The translations under genes were made by a program, and so were the position numbers. The notes under the pieces are model-generated. The model did no database searches. It had not been told where the DNA came from and saw only the letters and a list, made by a program, of their open reading frames with translations. From positions 932,726 to 996,725 of the forward strand of contig MU004198.1 of NCBI GenBank assembly GCA_010093605.1: a stretch of 64,000 nucleotides of DNA, written 5' to 3'. How positions within the stretch are numbered: position 1 is the first letter of the stretch; every line of letters starts with the position of its first letter. Of this stretch, positions 24,656 through 36,445 are shown piece by piece. The stretch comes from Lophium mytilinum. Lineage: Eukaryota.

Positions 24656-27365
24656 ATGACGACGGACAGCTCTCAACAAGTCCAGGCTATTACTGTGAAG
24701 CCCGTGTACCAGTGCCGCTGGTGTGAGACGACCTTTTCGAGACGTGACCATCGCCAACGTCATGAGCGAGCGCATACCAAGGAGAGGCCTTTCCTGTGCC
24801 ATATCTGCAATGCTTCGTTTGGTCGCCGGGACATCCTCCAGCGCCATTGTATCCACGTTCATGGTGCCTTAGCTAGCGACGTGAAGGATGGCCTCGGCCA
24901 TGGAGAGCAATTTAAGGCGCAGGCCGCACGACCTTCGAAGAAACGGCGAATGTCCAATGCAGTTGACACTCCCCCGAAGTCTTCTTTTTCTGCTGAGGAG
25001 CCTGTTCCGGACGATCCGACAAGCACCCGCACCCAGTCGGACCAGCTTGTCAGACGGTCTGTTTTGCCAGATAATCTAGATAAGCTGGAGAAGCTCGAAA
25101 AGCTCTGTCAAAACTCCCCCGGACTTCCGTACATGGACACGAATATCTGGTCGGTGCTTTGTGAGCATTTCGATTTGCCAAAGTCCACGCCAACGTCGAT
25201 TGCTTCACAATGCAATGAAGTTATCACAGAGCGTCCGCCGACGGAAACCCATTTACAGTGTATTGAAAGGGTCCCTGGGCTGGCGCCGCCCCCTCTTAGT
25301 TTCATGAAACATGACAGACCTCGAAGTATTGTTCCTCCTCGTTACCTGAGTGTGCCTCACTCTATCGGAGGCGGAATCGACTTTGTCCTCCAACAGATTG
25401 ATACTGGGCGCATCTTGACGAATTACACCTCACACATCGCGCCAGGCCTGCCAATGCTGCATCTTCCTACTATCGACTTGATTCCCTGGGTCAAACATGG
25501 TCATTCAAAGTGTGATGGGTGCTGCCTCCACAACGGATCTCCCGTTCCCGCTCGCCGTCGTATCAACCGTTGTCTCATGATCAGTCTCCTCACTCTAGGT
25601 GCAATCTGTGACAAGCAGCATGCTCTTGCCGAAAGGTTATTCCGAGAGTCCGGACCCGCAATTCGAGAATACCTCAAAGAGATCCGGCTAAACAAGTCCG
25701 ATGAGCCACCGCCACTGGATCTTATTCAGGCCCTGGCTTGCTACATTGCTTATGGATTATGCTCAGGAAGCAAGCAGGTCGAGGAGAGCATGTTGGGGCA
25801 TATGAGCTGCCTTGGCAGCCTTGTTCACGATGCTCAACTGTCAAAGCCTATGCCAAAATTCATTTACGGTCGTATGAAGCCAGGCCCCGATGACGATTGG
25901 TTTTTATGGGCAGCAGAAGAGGAACGGAAGCGCACATATTTTGCCGTGCTTGTATGTCAGAGTTCAGCGGTGAATTATCTCAACATTCAGCCGTACTTGA
26001 ATCCGAAAGGAATTGAATGGACATTGCCAGTTGAGGAAGATCTCTGGGAAGCTAGAACAGCAGCTTCCTGGCGCGAAATAAGACGACGCACGCCAGAGAC
26101 TCCATTATTCAAAGATGAGCTAGCCCTGCTCTTCGCTAATCCAGGCACATCTTTTCAGGCAGAGGCAGAATTTCCTACTTCGACTATCGGCGAGCATGCA
26201 GAGCTTAATTCCAACCAAAGATCCTTTCCAATCCATCAAACGGATACCTTCATTACTGAAAACCGTATGTTGCCTAGTCAATTTGGCTGCCTCGTTCTGA
26301 TAGGAGCTTTGAATGTCATGGTATGGGAGCACGCTCATGGCCGGATTTTCACGTTCGGGCTCGCGGCTGGCGGACTGGTACCCGGTAAAGGTGCCTTGAT
26401 AAACAAAAGCAGCCTCGCCAATGCCTTGAGACAGTGGCAACATATGTGGGAGTCTTACCCAAAGCACTTTTCCCACGAAGACGCGCGATACCGTCTTCTG
26501 GCGACTTGCGTTCCACTAGTTGATCACGCGGAGTTGCTTCTACATGTTGATATCACACAAGCAAAGGACGCACTTTTCTCAAGGGACTACGAGAAAACAT
26601 CTTTGGCGTATTCAACCCTTCCTGTAGTGATTGATGTGGATGACGACGCATCTTTCGATTCCGATGCCGATTCGCCGCGCTATGAAGAGGTACACAACGA
26701 CGAGGGACGGCACTATGGACTCCGCGGAGCAGCCATCTACGCCGTGAAAGCGCTCGAACTGGCCTATCGCATAGGCCCATGGTTTTCTTCAGAAGACGCA
26801 TGTTATGACGCCCCTATTCAAACATGCGTCGCCATGTTCATTTGCACGCAGGTCGTATCAAGTTGGTTGCTTGCTTACTCCACTAAGCGTCATCCAAATC
26901 CGGATCGCACGTCCAGTCCTGGGATGGAACATCTGAAGGACAGAATGCTCCTCAATGCAATCAAACAACTCATCACCCATCGCAACCAGGTGTCTCTGCC
27001 GGTGGAACAAAATGCGACAAGCGATGTTGCGGTGGAGCTCTCTGACGAGACGGCGATTTTACAACTCGCCATCAGCCTCATCGCTGCGCACGTGCAGCTC
27101 CTGAAACGCGTCAGCTTCTGGCCTCGTAAGTACCGTAGAACCTCGTACAGCTTCAAGGCATACTGACCCATATGTAGCTGCTGCTCATCTTATCGAAGCC
27201 TTACAAGTCCGAGCGGATGCTATACAAGAAGTGTCGAAGCTTGTTCAGCATTGCAAAGCGGATCATCAGCCACCATCGCCTCTGCCTTTTCTCCATCCTG
27301 GCGAGAGCAACTCGCGTACCGATGGTTGGCCGCTTCAGACGGCAATGTTTCCGTGTGCGGGCTGA
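24656..27365 (+). CDS. C2H2 zinc-finger transcription factor with fungal-specific TF middle-homology domain
   Basis: Two C2H2 fingers (CRWCETTFSRRDHRQRHERAH-TKERPF-LCHICNASFGRRDILQRHCIHVH), LPMLHLPT, WAAEEERKRT and LPVEEDLWEA. Terminal intron 27126-27177 extends the frame to TGA 27363-27365. Confidence 0.9.
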
Positions 27366-29025
27366 AAAGCCATCTTATTGTTCAGCATTATGGTTGTGGT
27401 CCTAGGCCACAAGTCTAGGCACACGGACTTGGCTCTAACTTGGCTCCAACTTGGCCACTCAACACCACTGTTGGGGGTAGCCTGACTGCTGAACAGGCAA
27501 CCAGTCAAGATGCAGTCTAATCTGCACTGCTCGAAGATTGACATCGCCCTTGAGTCTTCGAAACCCTGTGAGGTACCCCAAGCAGTCGCGTACTAGTGTA
27601 CCCAGACTTATGGCTTGTTACTATAACAGCCCAGGTAAGTCTACTATAAGGAGAACTAGATGAGGAGGTCATACCTACACTTTTGGCTAGAACGCTGGCG
27701 GCGAGCGGAGCCACTCCTAACAGTTGTGTCGCGCGAGCTAGCATCAAGGCTGTGGAGTGCGGATTCAAGAGTGGTGAATATCAGCTGACTTGATTTTGAA
27801 CGGTTTGCTTTACCATATGCGTACATGTTTGGTACTGTGTGGGGTGCCCTGAGAGAGTTTCGGAATGCTGGATGTGAGGGAGATGTTAGAGTAGTAGACA
27901 TCGGGCAAGCTGTTGGCGGCTGGGGGAGTTGGTGGTTAAGGTCCTCCAAGCGGTGTTATGAGGTAAGTTAGAGTAGCACCGGTGCAGTGCATATTCACGA
28001 GCGGCGAATGTTACTTAACTTGATTCTTAGCATTTTGCTCGACTGTATGCGCACTCGTTTGGCCACCGCATGGGGTGCCCCGAGAGGCTTTTGGAATCAT
28101 GGGCGTGATGGACATGTAGGAGCAATGGGAATTGGGCCAGCCGTTGGCGATTAGGGAAGTTAGAGGTTGACGTCCTCTAAGCAGTGGTATGAAGTGCGCA
28201 GGAGGAGCGCTCGGGTAGTGGGATATATGGGTACTTGAGAAATGATTGTGATGGAGATACTGTCGCGGTGGGAGTCTGGCTATCTATTGGCCGCTGGAGA
28301 AGTTGGCGGTTGAGGGCCTCCTTACAGTGGTATCAAGTGAGCAAGAGTAACGCCCTATTAGTGGATCCGTGCGGCACTCTCTAGCAGTTCAACACCGTCT
28401 GAGGTGGCCTGGAGAGCTATTGAGCTTGCCAAAGCTGGTTTTTCATGAATAGTAATAGCATACTGGAGGACCTTTAACGGTGCTAAACAAGTGTATAAAT
28501 AGTGGGTATATCTTACAGATTCGTGGAGTGCCATTTCTACGTAGAGGAGCTGCGAGGGGAGGCGGGCGCGATGAGAGGAAGGGTGTGTAGGATGTCGATG
28601 CTGAAAACCGACCCGCTTGAGCAGGACGACCGTGAAGGGAGATATGCGCATGAAACACGCTAAACCTCTACTGTGTTCGTCCGAAATACGCTCCAAGGGA
28701 CGGAAGGGTAGCGATTAACCGATGAAACGAGCCATAAGCTCCACTTTATGTCCTGACGGCGCTAATTCCCGGGACCTCCCCCGTACACTCCCCGGGTAGG
28801 TATATACCTAGCTTCCCTAAGCTATTACCATGTACTTCGAAAATCTTTCCTCTACGCGCGCACGAGCTCAGTCTCGCCCGTATCTGTCGTTTCGGCCTTA
28901 TACATTCTTTTGGTTTGGACTTCGTGTCCTATGTCCTGTCTTTTTCACCATTGATTTCAATTACATCACTGACTCAATTCACACTTTCGCTTCCACTATC
29001 GTCAGCAGAGCAGGCTATCTTCAAC

Positions 29026-30899
29026 ATGACTATTTTCACACTTCTACTTCGATTCTCATTCCTTCTTTCCGCGGTCTCGTCAGCCTTCGTGCACCCTGGT
29101 CTCATGATCACAAGCACCGACATAAGCCGAATCAAAACAAAGCTCTCCGAGAAGAAGGAACCGTGGACTAGCTCCTATGCCGGTCTAACGGGCACTTATG
29201 CTTCTCAACTCACATACACGAATAACGCTACTAGTAATTTAACCCGCTCGGTAAACGGAGCCCTCCTCTGGCACGACACTGCTGCCGCATTTTCTCTCGC
29301 ACTTCGTTGGACACTAGAGGGGGGCGACCAGTACGCGGATGCTGCTGTCAAAATCTTGACTGCTTGGGCAGACACCCTCGAAAGCCTGGGAACCGACCCC
29401 GACGCTTATCTGAATTCTGGCTTCCAGGGCTTCGAATTGGCAAATGCTGGGGAGCTCCTACGCGATTATGCACCATTCGTCGCCAACGGCCAGAAGGCTT
29501 TCACCAAGATGATGGTGGACATCTTTTTGCATGATGCCGTTTACTTTATCGAACACAAGGACCCGTCCGAGCACGTGCATAATCACTTCTTCGCCAGCTG
29601 GGAACTATGCAATATGGCCTCTGCGATGGCTATTGCTATCTTAACCGATGATCAAGACACTTACGATTTCGTGCTAAACTACTGGCACACCGGAGATGGC
29701 AATGGTGCCATCGCCCTCGCAATCTCGGACATCGTCGAAGAACCAGGCACTGGCAAGCCACTTGGTCAAGGCCAGGAAGTGGGCCGTGATCAAGGTCACG
29801 CGTCATTGGATCAAGATCAGCAAGCCAATATAGCGCAGATGGCGTGGAATCAAGGTACCGATCTCTACGCTGATAGCGAGTATCGCATGCTTCGAGGGTG
29901 TGTTTTCCGAGAATATAGCCTTCCATTGGGCGAGCACCTTAGCTAATTGAATCCGATAACAGCGCCGAATATTTCGCCCGCTTCAATCTAGGGTATGACG
30001 TTCCATTTGTGCGATACACAAACGTTATCGCGGACTACACCGAGGCCAGCACCGACGGCCGAGGTGCTGTCCGTCCAGGATGGGAGTTGCTGTACAAGCA
30101 TTATGCGCAGGTCAAGGGCATGGATGTACCGTGGATCAAGAAGTACCTCAACTACACCCTGGCGTCGTCTAAGGGCGGATATGAGGGTGGTATCGGATCT
30201 TTGGGTGGGAACGAGGATTCGCTAGGCTGGGGTTCTTTGCTTCACCATTTGGATGACGAAGATGTGGCTGCACTTACTACTCAAAGCGCCGTCTCTACGT
30301 CGACAAGCTCTGGCATCGCACTCTCTACTAAGAACCACGTTTCTACATCAGCAAGCTCGAGTCTTGCAGTTGCTACTAAGAGCTCCGTTATTACATCGAC
30401 AAGCTCTAGCCTCACACTTCCCAGCACGTCTTCCACCTCGAGCGCTTTTGCGATTGCATATACTTCCCTCACCTCGAGTGCTTCCAACAAGGCAGCTGCG
30501 TCAGCCTCCTTATCAGCTTCTTCTCAAGCAGTTTCTCAAGCAGCTTCTCCAGTAGCTTTTCAATCATCTTCGCCACCAGCCTCTCAATCAACCTCTCAAC
30601 CAGCCTCTCGATCAGCTTCTCAATATGGCGAAGAGCATCCTTCTACCTCCACTACCGTATCCTCTCTACCAAGCATAGCAAACCAACAAACCCCGACCGC
30701 CAGTGTCAGTGCCGCACCCTCCAAGCTTCCTACCTCTCATCCCACACTCATTTCGACGACACTACGAACGATTTTCGCACGTCCCACTCGGAAACCAACG
30801 GCATCTGATATCCCCGTCCACGTGATTCCTAAACCTCATCACAATCATGGTATTCACAAGAACCTGGAGCACGATGGAAAACATGATTTCTGTACATAG
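29026..30899 (+). CDS. Secreted alginate-lyase-domain protein (chondroitin AC/alginate lyase fold) with Ser/Thr-rich tail
   Basis: Signal peptide, then AFVHPGL, LANAGELLR, FASWELCN and GQGQEVGRDQGHA. Intron 29898-29962 joins to GAEYFARFNLGYDVPF...RGAVRPGWELL. Confidence 0.85.
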
Positions 30900-31604
30900 A
30901 CGCCGTAGATTACGGTCGCTTTAGTGTGAAGGGGAGAGATGGCATAACGATGTGGCGGATTCGCAGAGCGAAGAGTTTATTATATTCTATTCTAGTGTGC
31001 CTCTACTGTGTTGGAGGCAAGTTAGGGCGGGTTTTGTAATCTTACTTTATTTTCTATGGGCTATTTCAGAAAGATGCTAGTTTCATGTAGTCTATTACCA
31101 CCCGCAATCTGTTGAACCGGTCGAACCTAAGAGAGGCTAGCCTTCTCCTGGGCCGCGGCGGTGCGGTTGAACACGAGGAGTTCAAATCTCCTGTAGATAG
31201 CTAGCCGGAATGAAATAGGCTAGCGAGACTGAAAGAAGTCAGCCAGAGTCTACGTCGCTAGCCGAGCTCCAAACCTACATCTTCCAGCCTCTCTCGCAAA
31301 AGCCACGCAGCTAACTGTCTTAAGAAAGCAATCGCTTCGCCTAAGCGCTATTGAGGAGGAGTTAAGAAGGTTACGTAGAAAGATGCACCTTTTGAGTTCT
31401 GACAGGCACATCTCGCATGGAACAAGGCGTTTATGGAGGACGGACGGTGCTCGACGTCGCTTTTGAACAAAGGCGGCCGGCTTGCGGTGGTTGGCGGGTG
31501 CGTTTCTGAAATTCCACAGATCGTTCGGCACAGCTGTTACTGTATGATGGGCGTCGGGGAGGAGGGGAGTGTATATACAGCACGTTGGCTGTATTATACA
31601 TCTC

Positions 31605-32996
31605 TCAGGAAGGGTTAGAGCTGTACTGTGTACCGTATCGCTCCTTCTGGTCGTTATATCCATGAAGGTATTCTCGGCGGCGGTATTTGGAGGTTCGGCT
31701 TTGAGCGGGCGAGGGGTTCGCAGCAGCTGCTGCGTTGCTCCTAGGCGGCGGTGGTGTCGCGGCTGCGTTACTCCGAGGCGGAGAGGCGTTTGCAGCTCTG
31801 GCGTTGCTTCCAGAGGCTGGCGTGTTTACAGACGCGTTACTTCCTGGTGGGGAGGGCTTTGCCGCTATATTACTCCTAGGCGGCGAGTGATGAAAAGCTG
31901 CATTACTTCTCAAAATCGAGGCACCAAGAGCGGCATTACTAGCAGCAGCTCCAGAGACATTGCTCCTAGGTGGTGTAGCATTTGCGGGCGCATTGCTCCT
32001 CGGCGGTGATAGATGTTGAAGCTCTATTTCATTGTTTTCTTGTTGTTGCAACCTGGAAAATCCGGAGAGGCGCCTTCTAGCATGGGATAAAACGCTAGCA
32101 AGCACACTTCTCTTGAAGAATATGATGGTGACAACTGTTCCTAGCAGTGGCCCAAGTTGATCCAAATCTGTGAACTTCGCACCCGTTCTGGGGAAGACAG
32201 GGCGATGCGAAGCAGCTAAGACGATAAGGTAGGTGACGTACGAAAGACTGAAGACTGCAACACGTTCGAACCGTGGACGGAATTTCTCCGTATAGTACGG
32301 GTATCGATCTTGATAGATGCCCACACAAAATTCCGAGTAGAGCGTAATGATCAGCAAGAGGGTGTACACAGTAAGGACCAAGACTATATCGTTGTATGGT
32401 TCTCCGATGGTCGCTAATATCAGAGAATGGGCAAGAGCTTGAAAGCAGCTCCAAAACCACTCTCGAGTTTTCGCTGGAAAAATAGAGTCAGAAAGGCCTT
32501 CCCCATCGACTTGCCAGGAAAGTCGCCGTGCTAAGCCGAAGATCGACGTTGCGGAGATGACAACGAAGAAGGCAGCGTGGATTCCGGGATCCAGTCTGCA
32601 TCGGATCAGCCGGTACAGAATGTCGCATATCGCAATGAAAGGGTAGAGAAGCGCCGCCAGCATATCGCCGTCAATGAGGTTCGTCTCTTCGTAACGCTGC
32701 GAGAGTCTGGAATGCCAAATTGAGGATGACGATGCGACCCATGCGGTGAGCAGCCATGCGAGATAAGTACCCGGGCCGTAAAAACTAGAGACATTGGTGA
32801 TGGGGCTAGACACAGCATCTTTCTTTTCGCTAAACGTATGGCATTGACCGGTATGCATTTCACTAACGATTGGGTCCACGTCTATCCAAGTTGGGGATTC
32901 GGAGAAGAGGACCACGCTCTGCCACCAGTAAATCCAGTTTTGTGGAGCCCATAAAACCGGGGTTAAGAACAGGAACAGGGTGATTATGTTATACAT
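31605..32996 (-). CDS. Hypothetical multi-pass membrane protein with C-terminal PPRSNA repeats
   Basis: 463-aa intronless ORF with FYGPGTYLAWLLT and FPRTGAKFTDLDQ motifs and several hydrophobic helices. Confidence 0.8.
   Translation of the reverse strand: MYNIITLFLFLTPVLWAPQNWIYWWQSVVLFSESPTWIDVDPIVSEMHTGQCHTFSEKKDAVSSPITNVSSFYGPGTYLAWLLTAWVASSSSIWHSRLSQRYEETNLIDGDMLAALLYPFIAICDILYRLIRCRLDPGIHAAFFVVISATSIFGLARRLSWQVDGEGLSDSIFPAKTREWFWSCFQALAHSLILATIGEPYNDIVLVLTVYTLLLIITLYSEFCVGIYQDRYPYYTEKFRPRFERVAVFSLSYVTYLIVLAASHRPVFPRTGAKFTDLDQLGPLLGTVVTIIFFKRSVLASVLSHARRRLSGFSRLQQQENNEIELQHLSPPRSNAPANATPPRSNVSGAAASNAALGASILRSNAAFHHSPPRSNIAAKPSPPGSNASVNTPASGSNARAANASPPRSNAAATPPPPRSNAAAAANPSPAQSRTSKYRRREYLHGYNDQKERYGTQYSSNPS
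31733..32006 (-). repeat. Coding minisatellite, ~33-36 bp unit (about 8 copies, PPRSNA...)
   Basis: Plus-strand units cattgctcctcggcgg, cattgctcctaggtgg, tattactcctaggcgg, cgttactccgaggcgg, cgttgctcctaggcgg. Confidence 0.8.
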
Positions 32997-33716
32997 CCCC
33001 CATTTGTAGAATGCGAGGTATCTAGATGCAGTGTTGGACTATGATGCGGTAGTGATCTAGGGACTCTTAGACGCACAGCTGCAATAGAAAACGCGAAAGT
33101 AAAAGGTCCCACTGGACCTTTACTTTCTTGGGTTTATCGTCTGCCATTGGTGCTAAGAGTTTCGGTTGTACATTTAAGGTGAGAGTGAAGAAATGGCAGC
33201 TTATGTAACGAGATTGGTGATTGATGTAGGCGCAATATCAGCACCTTCAACTCATATGGGATTAAGGACAAAGATGGCGGGTTCCATAGACTCACGCACT
33301 GTCATCTCCTTTTATACAATTCTCATTTTCAGGTCCTCCTTGGCAAATGGGGCTGAGGTCGGGTACGGTGCTCAGCCACAAGCCACAATATTGTGTCACG
33401 AGAACGCCAACAGATACACCTCCCTCCCATGTTGCAAGGAAATCTCGGGCTAGACGCTGCATGCCACCGGAAATGGCGGTTCAAGCGACATCGCTGACCC
33501 AATTGCAGTCACCCTTTTCACACCCCTCGCCCAGTTATAAGATTTGATTCTCGGCATCGCTTCAGCCTTGGAGCGCAGATACGGATTCGAGTTGCTTTGC
33601 ATGAGGCAGAAGATGACTGCGTATTTATTGATCGCGACAGTCCGTCCTATTGTTGGCCTTTTCCCCCGCAATTGCGCGACGACTTCATCTTCTTCACTTT
33701 TCACTACTTCTCTGGC

Positions 33717-33851
33717 ACTAGGTTGACGAAAGCCAGATTGACGAGTGCCAGCCTCGCCAAAGTCCGCCTGACAAGAACTTCTCTCAAAAGATTCAGCCTC
33801 ACAAGAACCAGACCCACGAAAGCCAGCCTCACAGGTATCAACCTAGGAAAT
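33717..33851 (+). repeat. Nine 15-bp units translating as a pentapeptide-like repeat
   Basis: TRLTK ARLTS ASLAK VRLTR TSLKR FSLTR TRPTK ASLTG INLGN. Leu sits at position 3 in 8 of 9 units. Confidence 0.6.
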
Positions 33852-33969
33852 ATACCTTGGCAGCGGTGATAAATAGCGTATATCCTTAGTTTCACACAGG
33901 CCACCTCATTAGCCGGTCCATCTTTTTCCCTCTTGTCCTGTTACCACTTGTCTTAACTCAACTGTCACA

Positions 33970-34665
33970 ATGGCATCGGATGTCGCAAGTGCAGGCCAAT
34001 CGACTCAGCCCAACGGAATCATTCGCGTATACATTGACGATTCGAATGTGTTCCTCGGGGGACAGTCTCACCGTAATCAACCCAATTGGAGAGCCCATAG
34101 ATCCACATGGCGCTACGATCCCGAAAAGCTAACGACCGCGCTCGTGAAAGAAACCGATATGGTCTCTAATCCGCCATATGATCTCAAAGTCAATGTATAT
34201 CGGTCTGTACAAGATGACCTTTGGACCGCATTCCAAAACCACGGCGGCGTAGAGGTGGAAACTTTCGAACGAGGCTATCATTCAGGAACGGAGAAGCAAG
34301 TGGACACAGCTATCGTCGCTGCTTCTGTAGAGGATGCATGCGAGGACAACCACTCGGGAAGGAAAAGTGAGTTCATAATCGTCTCTGGCGATTTGGACAT
34401 GCTACCTGGGATAGAAAAGATTATTAAGAAGAAACGCACCGTTCATGTTTGGTCTTGGAACGAATGCCTTGCCCGCGGCCTTGAACGAACAGATCTTCCG
34501 ATTCAAATTCATTCTCTAGATACCACAGCCACAGAATTTGGTTATCACGAAGATCCCGATCCCTGCAGGTGGGGGATAAACTGTAGATACGGATTCTCTT
34601 GCCAATACGGACACTCTAAAGAAGATATGGAACATTTTAGACAAAAGACCTTTGCAAGAAATTAG
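33970..34665 (+). CDS. NYN (LabA/DUF88, PIN-like) domain nuclease with C-terminal CCCH-type zinc finger
   Basis: VYIDDSNV, EKQVDTAIV, IIVSGDLDMLP and VHVWSW NYN motifs. C-terminal CRWGINCRYGFSCQYGH (C-x5-C-x5-C-x3-H). Confidence 0.88.
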   Translation: MASDVASAGQSTQPNGIIRVYIDDSNVFLGGQSHRNQPNWRAHRSTWRYDPEKLTTALVKETDMVSNPPYDLKVNVYRSVQDDLWTAFQNHGGVEVETFERGYHSGTEKQVDTAIVAASVEDACEDNHSGRKSEFIIVSGDLDMLPGIEKIIKKKRTVHVWSWNECLARGLERTDLPIQIHSLDTTATEFGYHEDPDPCRWGINCRYGFSCQYGHSKEDMEHFRQKTFARN

Positions 34666-36445
34666 TCCCTTTTTGCACGCATGAGGGTAGTAACGGTAAG
34701 ACTTGCTGCTCATAATAGTATAGATGTAATCACACTGACGCGTAATCTTAGGCCATTAGTTCTAAACTTTTGCATAATTACGCTGTTTTCCGTACGTGCG
34801 GCCTTAGCACATCAGCCTATTATTTGTCACCTCCATAAGCAAACCTTAAGAGGGTGGAAGGATATCCTTTCTGCTTTGTTTCATAAGACATCTTAGTATA
34901 TTTTCTAGGCATCTAACGAGCGAACGGAGCTCTAAAGTTTTATCACGGTCTTTACTATGAGACGTTTCAGAAGCGAGATCCGGTTTGGGTCCCGTTAGTT
35001 TTCTTTCCGTGGCGATTGCGAATCTTCTCGTTATCTTAGTAGTTCCAATCGTACCGAATTCTCATCTACTGTTTATTCTCTGATTCCTCTGCTCACCTGC
35101 TGCATCGGTTCTACTCACGATTCCTTTGTCGATGATCATTTTCCCTTGCCTATCCACAATTTAGCCTTTCGCTAACCAGACCAAATTTTCATCCTCTTCC
35201 CTGGGTCGTCATGAAAGAACAGTGCCTCGGTATGGATACTAACATGTTTAAGCCCTTGCATGCGTCAAATAAGGATAACAAGCCAAATTCCTTCTTCAAG
35301 TTAAATGATCTTCATTTAATTTGAAAGCATTCCGCATTCTGGTTATTTCTTGAGCCTAGTGCCGTAAGTTAGGTAATCCTTTGTTGATAGATTGGAGAAC
35401 CACGGATCGTGATATAGTATGTATAGCCACAAAATTATCAGAATTCATCAAGCCAGCAACTTACATTTCCTTACCACCAATATCGCACGCCTTCCTGCCA
35501 CTATGCCTAGGACTAAAAGAAACTAGCAGAAACCGACGACAGTGTGCAGTGGTCACTCCCAATCTACAGTCACCCTGTTGAACCTGTCTAGGATAGCTTC
35601 GAGAGTTTCTCAGTCGTCTAGAATGCCGAACTTCTCTCTCATACAAACTGCTAAAAATATTTGGAGGCCCCTCATGCACCAGCAAACAAGCGTATGGACC
35701 CACCTCAACTTCAAGAACACGCTCGAGCACTTGCGAGCTTTACTAGCAGATGCATGGCTTATACTCCGATTTCGCTTCACGACGCCGATAGCATATCAAA
35801 AACAACAAGCTGCAGCAAGTTACGATGCCACTGAGGCCTGAACGCAAAGGTCTTGGTGGGGGGCGTCTCCAACGGACAAGAGCTGGCTTTCTTCTATTGA
35901 CTACGCGCGGCCTGGAACGGTCAGAGGTCAATTAGTCGTATCGGAGATCTCACCTTTTCTTTTTATCTGCGTCTCGTCGAGGCCGTATGAGCTGCGTGAC
36001 TGAAGGGGACGGATTAGGATATTTGAGATCTGGTGGGGTGAGGTAGTAATAAAGTAGCAGTCTACTTTGACATTAACAGAGGTGGCCCGAAGAGTCATCA
36101 CGGTGTTAAAAACATGGTCTTCCAATTCGCAAAAGGGTACCAGGGTCCTCAACTGGTGCCACAAAAAGGTACATAAACCCAGAGTGGGAGAGTTTCAGGT
36201 ATGGAAAGGTCCAGAATGTCATCACAGATTTGTAGAACTGCGTTGTATCCCAAAGATTATGACCTATTTGGCATGGCAACGCTAACACGCTAATTGCCTA
36301 AGAAGGTGAAAAGAACAGCTATTCTTCAAATTAGTGAGTGCTTTCTCTCTATTAGGATCACACTAACCTGCAATAGATCCCGTAGTCCAAATGGAGACGA
36401 TTTCTGGAATGACCTGATCTGGAGGGCAGTATCTGAAATGCAAAT

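Noticed and set aside
35381..36288. Short plus-strand ORFs that might be a decayed F-box-like gene
   Set aside because: No convincing motif or consistent splice model by eye.
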